Shown in pieces: positions 58,870 through 64,000 of a stretch of DNA of 64,000 nucleotides. The stretch is taken from the NCBI GenBank assembly GCA_018655525.1, contig JABIJM010000008.1, positions 20,836-84,835 of the forward strand, written 5' to 3'. Every line of letters begins with the position of its first letter. The stretch's first letter is position 1. The position numbers and the translations under genes were made by a program. The stretch comes from Candidatus Woesearchaeota archaeon (GTDB lineage: Archaea; Nanobdellota; Nanobdellia; Woesearchaeales; GW2011-AR9). Below the pieces are notes generated by a model, which worked only from the letters and a program-made list of their open reading frames with translations, was not told the DNA's origin and did not search any database.

Positions 58870-60065
58870 AGTTGTAATTCTTTTTCTAACATTTCTTTAA
58901 GTTTGATGATAATTCCTTCTTCTAATGAAAGATTGATTTCTCGAGTTCTCCCATAGCGTCCTTTAGAAATAATTTTTGCATTGATAATTCCAAGCATATC
59001 CAATTCTGCCAAAATATCTGAAACACGGCGTTGTGTTAAGATATTAAGATTAGATTTTTTACATAATGTCCCATAAATTTCATAAATTTCTCCTGTAAAA
59101 AATTGACGTTTCTGAGGACTAATCAACATGATTGCAAATAATACTAATTTAAACTGGCGTGGCTGATTCATTGCAGCGCTAATAAGTTTGTCAGATTCTA
59201 CTTTTCTTTCTGCAGCATCTAAATGTGTAATTTCAACTTGTCGTGAACCACTTCTCTCTGCTATTTCTCCTGCAACACGTAATAAATCTATTGCTCTTCT
59301 TACATCTCCATGTTCACGGGCTGCATAAGCTGAACATTTTTCAATTACACCTGTTTGAACAGTACCATCATTAAATGCAGAATTTGAACGGTTTCGTAAA
59401 ATTTCTTGAATTTGTAGAGCATTGTAAGGTGGAAAAATGATGTCTTCTTCCGAAAGACTACTTTTCACACGTGGATCTAAATTTTCTGCGAATATTAAAT
59501 TGTTAGAAATTCCAATTAAACAAATTTGTGAGTTTTTTAATTCTGCATTAATTCTCGTTAAATTGTAAAGAACTTCATCACCAATTTTTTTTGTTAATTG
59601 ATCTATCTCATCAAGAATAAGAAGAATAACTTGTTTTTCTTGGTCTAATAATTTGTAAAAGATATTATAAATTTCATCTGTTGGTAAACCTGTGGAAGGA
59701 ACATCCCTTCCAAAACTCTTGATTAATTGTGAAATTAGTCTATATTCTGTATCTGCTACACGTTTTAATTTACAATTTACATAGATTGGTTTTAACGCAA
59801 TGTTATTTTTAACTGCAATCTCCTTCATAGAATTCACAATACTTTTCATTGAAAGAGTTTTTCCAGTACCTGTTTTTCCATAAATAAACAAATTAGAAGG
59901 TTTTTCATTTCTAAGGGCAGGTGCTAGAATGTTTGCTGCTTCACTCATTTGTTCTTCTCGATAAATAACATTCTCTGGCATATAAGAAGATAGTAAAACA
60001 TTCTTATCTCTAAAAAAAGAATCCTGTTTAAGGTAATTTTCAAAAAAGTTATTGATTCCAGACAT
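58866..60065 (-). CDS. cdc6: Orc1/Cdc6 replication initiator
   Basis: YGKTGTGKT, LDEID, DPRVKSSL, FPPY, GDVR.AIDLLR, wHTH ISKGRYGRT. Confidence 0.96.
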   Translation of the reverse strand: MSGINNFFENYLKQDSFFRDKNVLLSSYMPENVIYREEQMSEAANILAPALRNEKPSNLFIYGKTGTGKTLSMKSIVNSMKEIAVKNNIALKPIYVNCKLKRVADTEYRLISQLIKSFGRDVPSTGLPTDEIYNIFYKLLDQEKQVILLILDEIDQLTKKIGDEVLYNLTRINAELKNSQICLIGISNNLIFAENLDPRVKSSLSEEDIIFPPYNALQIQEILRNRSNSAFNDGTVQTGVIEKCSAYAAREHGDVRRAIDLLRVAGEIAERSGSRQVEITHLDAAERKVESDKLISAAMNQPRQFKLVLFAIMLISPQKRQFFTGEIYEIYGTLCKKSNLNILTQRRVSDILAELDMLGIINAKIISKGRYGRTREINLSLEEGIIIKLKEMLEKELQL

Positions 60066-60066
60066 A

Positions 60067-60091
60067 GTGACCCCCCTATTTCCTATGGAAA
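60067..60091 (-). promoter_or_regulatory. ORB element 1 (TTTCCATAGGAAATAGGGGGGTCAC)
   Basis: TCCA-N-GGAAA dyad plus G-string; ends 1 nt before the cdc6 ATG. Confidence 0.82.
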
Positions 60092-60213
60092 AATGTTTTT
60101 TGGTGAAAATGATCGTGCAACAAGAGTGTGTTGTGCAATCAGATCTTTGTTCGTTGTTGTTTGATTATGTTAAATTTCAATGTTAAATGTAGTTTTGAAC
60201 CACTCTTTCCCAT

Positions 60214-60235
60214 AACCTACATTTCTGATGGAAAC
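60214..60235 (-). promoter_or_regulatory. Degenerate ORB / mini-ORB (GTTTCCATCAGAAATGTAGGTT)
   Basis: Matches the core of ORB1 and ORB4. Confidence 0.6.
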
Positions 60236-60472
60236 AATCCTATAAATAGTTATCGTTAGTAGGATTGGATGGTAACAGAATCTAGTATTAAGTATACTGT
60301 GAAGGAACATGTAGAGTGGAATTCATATTATTAAGTTTAAATCAAAGCAAAATAAATCAATTTAAGGGAGGTAAGATCATTTGTAAGGTAATTAAACAAT
60401 TTTAAGAATAAATTATATTATAAGGAAATTAAGAAGAGTTTAGATAATGTTACTCTTATTACACATATCCTT

Positions 60473-60720
60473 TATTATTATTATTATTATTTAGATATAA
60501 ATTTATTATATATATATAAGATAAATAAAAACATTGATTGGAATAACCTTTGAAATCTTCTTTAAAACTTAGAAAATTAAAATGAACTTTTTCACTTTAA
60601 AATCAATCAAAAAAAACAAAATCTTCAAAAACTTTTGTCGTCGTTAATTTATTATTATCTATATTGAAAATATATTATATATATATATATATAGTTATAT
60701 AATAATAATAATAATAATAA
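60473..60720. repeat. AT-rich DNA-unwinding element with (TAT)n, (TA)n and (ATA)n microsatellites
   Basis: TTATTATTATTATTATT near 60473-60491; TATATATATA runs near 60506-60518 and 60677-60692; AATAATAATAATAATAATAA at 60701-60720. Confidence 0.75.
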
Positions 60721-60926
60721 GAAGAAGAGAATGAGTTAAGTGAATAAAATAAATGATGTTTAGGTTTACTTTCTTTTGAATTTAAGTTTAATGGTTATTT
60801 CTATTTGAAGTTAAGTGGGTATCTCTCTTAACTCAAATCATTTTTGATATTTCATTTGTTTTACTCATAACGAATGTGTTAAGCGCAATTCCTTTCTCTT
60901 TGAAACATAATTCTACTTAAAATAAT

Positions 60927-60947
60927 TCTCCATGAGAAACGGTGGTC
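60927..60947 (+). promoter_or_regulatory. Degenerate ORB / mini-ORB (TCTCCATGAGAAACGGTGGTC)
   Basis: Matches the ORB core. Confidence 0.62.
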
Positions 60948-61077
60948 TGTGACCTTTTATTACATTTAATCCATATTATTTTTGATTAACATATGGATTA
61001 TAATTGTTTAGGTATGTTTTATTTTAATAGATATCTTTTTTATCTTTTTTATACTTATTTTTTTCTGAATTATTAAA

Positions 61078-61102
61078 TCTCCATAGGAAATGAAGGGGTC
61101 AC
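61078..61102 (+). promoter_or_regulatory. ORB element 4 (TCTCCATAGGAAATGAAGGGGTCAC)
   Basis: Near-identical inverted copy of ORB1. Confidence 0.82.
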
Positions 61103-61306
61103 ACTCATATGGCATGTTCATTTAACATTAATGTTCATATTACAAAATATAGTTTTGTGAATGTTTAAAAATTAAGTGTGTTAACTGCAATGCCCTTTAT
61201 TAGAGGAGAATAAGGGGGAATTACATTTATTTAATTATTTAATGTAGTTCATTTTAGGTTAAACTCAAATCCGAAGTTTTAAATACCTTTATCTTATTGG
61301 AATTGT

Positions 61307-62143
61307 ATGGTTTTAGAAGCATTATTCAATCCCTTTACTATAAAAAAGAAACCTTGGCAGATGTTTACTGCAGGATTTCTTTATTCTATAATTGCATTAG
61401 CGATGTCTTATGTTGTTTTTACAGAAATTGCAGGGATCTTAATGATTTTTCTTATTGTTATTGCAACTTTACCTATTTTGTATTCTACAATTAAAGGTGA
61501 AGAAGAATTAGATTTAGAAATTAAGAAGGAATCTGTTCTTTTAAAGGAACATACAAAAGTTCTTGTCTTTCTTATGTTCTTATTTTTAGGGATAACAACT
61601 GCGTTCGTATTATCCTATGTATTCTTACCAAGTGCAATGGTTGATTCTGTGTTTTCTTTACAACAAAATGCAATCAACTCGGTGAATGTCAATATTAATG
61701 CTGAAGTCACGGGTAATATTACTAAAATAGACCTTTTCAGTAGAATTTTTGTAAATAATCTTAAAGTATTATTTTTCTGTTTAATTTTTTCATTACTTTA
61801 TGGAACTGGTGCTATTTTTATACTAACGTGGAATGCTTCTGTGATTGCAACCGCCATAGGAAATCTTGTAAAAATTAAAGCTGCCGAGAGTATAGGTGGG
61901 ATAACTTCTTATTTTAGTGTTGCAATTTTTAGTTTTATGCGTTATATGACTCATGGGGTCTTTGAAATTGTAGCATATTTTGTTGCGGGGTTGGCAGGTG
62001 GAATCATTTCTATAGCTTTAATTAAACATAATATGGAAGAAAGAAGTGTTTTAGTTGATGCATTGGATTTAGTATTGATAAGTTTAGGATTAATTATTGT
62101 CGCTGGTGTGATTGAAGTTTATGTTACACCTTTGTTTTTTTAA
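61307..62143 (+). CDS. SpoIIM / DUF95 family membrane protein
   Basis: IFVNNL, WNA, HGVFEIVAY, AG.IE..VTP. Confidence 0.85.
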   Translation: MVLEALFNPFTIKKKPWQMFTAGFLYSIIALAMSYVVFTEIAGILMIFLIVIATLPILYSTIKGEEELDLEIKKESVLLKEHTKVLVFLMFLFLGITTAFVLSYVFLPSAMVDSVFSLQQNAINSVNVNINAEVTGNITKIDLFSRIFVNNLKVLFFCLIFSLLYGTGAIFILTWNASVIATAIGNLVKIKAAESIGGITSYFSVAIFSFMRYMTHGVFEIVAYFVAGLAGGIISIALIKHNMEERSVLVDALDLVLISLGLIIVAGVIEVYVTPLFF

Positions 62144-62862
62144 AGAACTTTAACTCTTCCAGGTTGGTTTTGAAAGATGTCCCCTGATTCCATCATTTTT
62201 TCAATTAGTTGTTCGGTATCATCTAATATGGATTGTTCAATGATTTCTTCAATTAAGACTCCTTCTCCTTGATCTAATTTTTTAATTAATTGTGTGATTT
62301 TTTCTATAGGGAGAAGTTTTTCTTGTTCTTTTGTTTCTTCAGATATTTCTTCTATAATTGGCTTTTCAATTGTTTCTACAATTTTTTCTTCAACAATTGA
62401 AGGAGATATTTCTTCTTTTTTTACATCTAATTCAACCATACCTTGTAATTCTAACATACGAACTTTTAACCATGCTGCACTTGTAGCTTTCATGATTTCT
62501 GGAGATATATATTTTTCATTATTATACATCCGTACTTTACCAATTATGACTACAAAGTCTCCCACTTTAACTTGTTTTAGATATGCTAATTCTTCAAATG
62601 AACGGGCTACCATTTGTCCGGTTTGATCTTCAATTAACATATTTGTAATTGAACCAACTTTTTCTTTTTGAATAATAATTCCAATGAGGTTTACACGGAA
62701 CACTTTCCCATGGTGGAGAGTTTGAATATGGTGAGGGAGTTCAGGATCTGTATTTACAAATGTACTATGATTAATTTCTTGGATAGTTGTTTTAATTGCA
62801 GTTTGCCGTACGTATTTATTTTTTTCATCCTTTATTTGTGGTGTAGTTTGTTCCATTATCAT
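62140..62862 (-). CDS. RPA32/Rpa2-like OB-fold protein with C-terminal winged helix
   Basis: RVNLIG, IEDQTG, GDFVVIIGKVR, YISPEI; acidic linker; GDIFQNQPG.VKVL. Confidence 0.8.
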   Translation of the reverse strand: MIMEQTTPQIKDEKNKYVRQTAIKTTIQEINHSTFVNTDPELPHHIQTLHHGKVFRVNLIGIIIQKEKVGSITNMLIEDQTGQMVARSFEELAYLKQVKVGDFVVIIGKVRMYNNEKYISPEIMKATSAAWLKVRMLELQGMVELDVKKEEISPSIVEEKIVETIEKPIIEEISEETKEQEKLLPIEKITQLIKKLDQGEGVLIEEIIEQSILDDTEQLIEKMMESGDIFQNQPGRVKVL

Positions 62863-64000
62863 AACCTCTGGATAAATCCTCGTTTAGGTTCAAAAATATC
62901 TCCTGTTCGTCGTAATTTTTCTAACGTTGCTTCTACTTTTTCTTTAGGAATATTTTTTTCTTGTGCAGCTTCAATGATATTTTCAACTGGAATTATTTTA
63001 GAATTTAATTGTGATTCCATTTCTGCAATGATTTCTTTGATTGTACTAATTCCACTTCGTTGAGTTGCAGTGATTCTACTACTTAATCTATCAATATCAA
63101 TTTTTCCTGTTTCAGAATCTTTCGCAATTTGATCTAAACAATAACTTACAAGTTCAATTCCTTTTTGAGCATCCTTTTTTGTGACTAATTTTGCAAATCG
63201 TAATTTTGCAGATGCTTCTGCAAGACGTACAAGAGCTTCTAATTGCCTTGCAGTGATAGGGATACTTTTTACGCCTCCTTCGTCCCCTCCTGAATTTCGC
63301 ATGGTGATATAATAATCTTTAATTTCCGCAATGGCTTCATCAGTCATTTTAGGATTCATATTTTTACGAATGTATATGAAATATTTTCTTAAAATGTCTG
63401 TATCTAATTTTGCAATTACTTTATCTGGATCTTTGTGCAAACTTAAAATGAAACTAGCGGTTGCTTCATCTTTTTCCTTACTAGGCATATCCTTTACAGG
63501 AAAAATTAAATCAAAACGTGAAATTAATGCTGGAGGAAGATTAATTTGGTTTGCAACTAAATCATAAGGGTCGAATCTTCCAAATTTAGGGTTTGCTGCT
63601 GCAATTACGGAGGTTTCACATCTCAATGTTGCTTGGATGTTTGCTTTGGAAATAGAAACTGTTTGTTGCTCTAGCGCTTCATGTAATGCAGAACGGTCTT
63701 CTTTAGTCATTTTGTCCATCTCATCAATAATTGCAAACCCTTTATTTGCAAGGACTAAAGTTCCTGCTTCTAAACTCCATCCACCTAGAAATTCATCTTT
63801 AACTACAGAGGCTGTTAATCCTGCTGCACTTGCTCCTTTACCGCTTGTAAATCTTGATTTTGGCGCGACTGCGGTGATTCTTTTTAGTAATTGGGATTTT
63901 CCAGAACCAGGATCTCCTATTAGAAGAATGTGCATGTCACCTCTTGTGATCACGCCGTCTGGACGAACTTTTCTTGAGCCTCCAGCAAGTTGTAGGACTA
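62859..64000 (-). CDS. mcm: MCM replicative helicase (5' part lies outside the window)
   Basis: GDPGSGKS, LEAGTLVLA, IDEMDKM, AANP, SRFD arginine finger, TARQLE; frame open to the window edge. Confidence 0.97.
   Translation of the reverse strand, partial: VLQLAGGSRKVRPDGVITRGDMHILLIGDPGSGKSQLLKRITAVAPKSRFTSGKGASAAGLTASVVKDEFLGGWSLEAGTLVLANKGFAIIDEMDKMTKEDRSALHEALEQQTVSISKANIQATLRCETSVIAAANPKFGRFDPYDLVANQINLPPALISRFDLIFPVKDMPSKEKDEATASFILSLHKDPDKVIAKLDTDILRKYFIYIRKNMNPKMTDEAIAEIKDYYITMRNSGGDEGGVKSIPITARQLEALVRLAEASAKLRFAKLVTKKDAQKGIELVSYCLDQIAKDSETGKIDIDRLSSRITATQRSGISTIKEIIAEMESQLNSKIIPVENIIEAAQEKNIPKEKVEATLEKLRRTGDIFEPKRGFIQRL

Larger units (their letters stand above)
60066..61306. other. 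Probable chromosomal replication origin (oriC)
   Basis: 1.24-kb non-coding, very AT-rich region next to cdc6-DP1-DP2, with four ORB-like boxes. Confidence 0.85.

Noticed and set aside
60066-61306. Possible CRISPR array or ncRNA in the long intergenic region
   Set aside because: No regularly spaced direct repeats and no GC-rich stems; ORBs and the AT-rich tract explain it as an origin
61307-62143. Sporulation function for the SpoIIM-like gene
   Set aside because: DUF95/SpoIIM-like proteins are widespread in non-sporulating archaea
53628-64000. Inteins in DP2, Cdc6 or MCM (and in RFC at 1046-2008)
   Set aside because: Normal protein lengths and uninterrupted motifs at the usual insertion sites; the MCM N-terminal part is outside the window

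Overview
AT-rich, densely coding archaeal chromosome segment. The gene set (PolD DP1/DP2, Orc1/Cdc6, MCM, PCNA, RFC, TFE, aIF2beta, Hjc, NAC, SecDF, Sec61beta), the absence of complete biosynthetic pathways in this window and many small secreted hypotheticals suggest a DPANN archaeon, probably Woesearchaeota-like (inference). The window contains a probable replication origin (60066-61306: four ORB boxes around an AT-rich unwinding element, next to cdc6-DP1-DP2 and MCM). It also has an RNase P RNA with a reduced P15 region, a tRNA-Pro(UGG) with a 30-nt D-loop intron, and a copper-homeostasis island with a perfect 16-bp palindrome next to its promoter. Three genes missed by the ORF track were found: Sec61beta, Rpo12 and a 31-aa ORF. 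The best candidates for undescribed biology are (i) a TudS-U32 hydroxylase-chorismate mutase-ferredoxin cluster with a divergent CX4CX2C radical SAM gene, suggesting RNA hydroxylation with its own prephenate supply; (ii) an operon of three divergent paralogous coiled-coil proteins with ESCRT-III-like termini; (iii) an AsnB-Dph6 fusion; (iv) TFE-alpha with a histone-H1-like tail; and (v) a lipoprotein with fibronectin type II-like repeats. No CRISPR array, IS element or intein was seen. All family assignments come from motif recognition by eye, not database searches.
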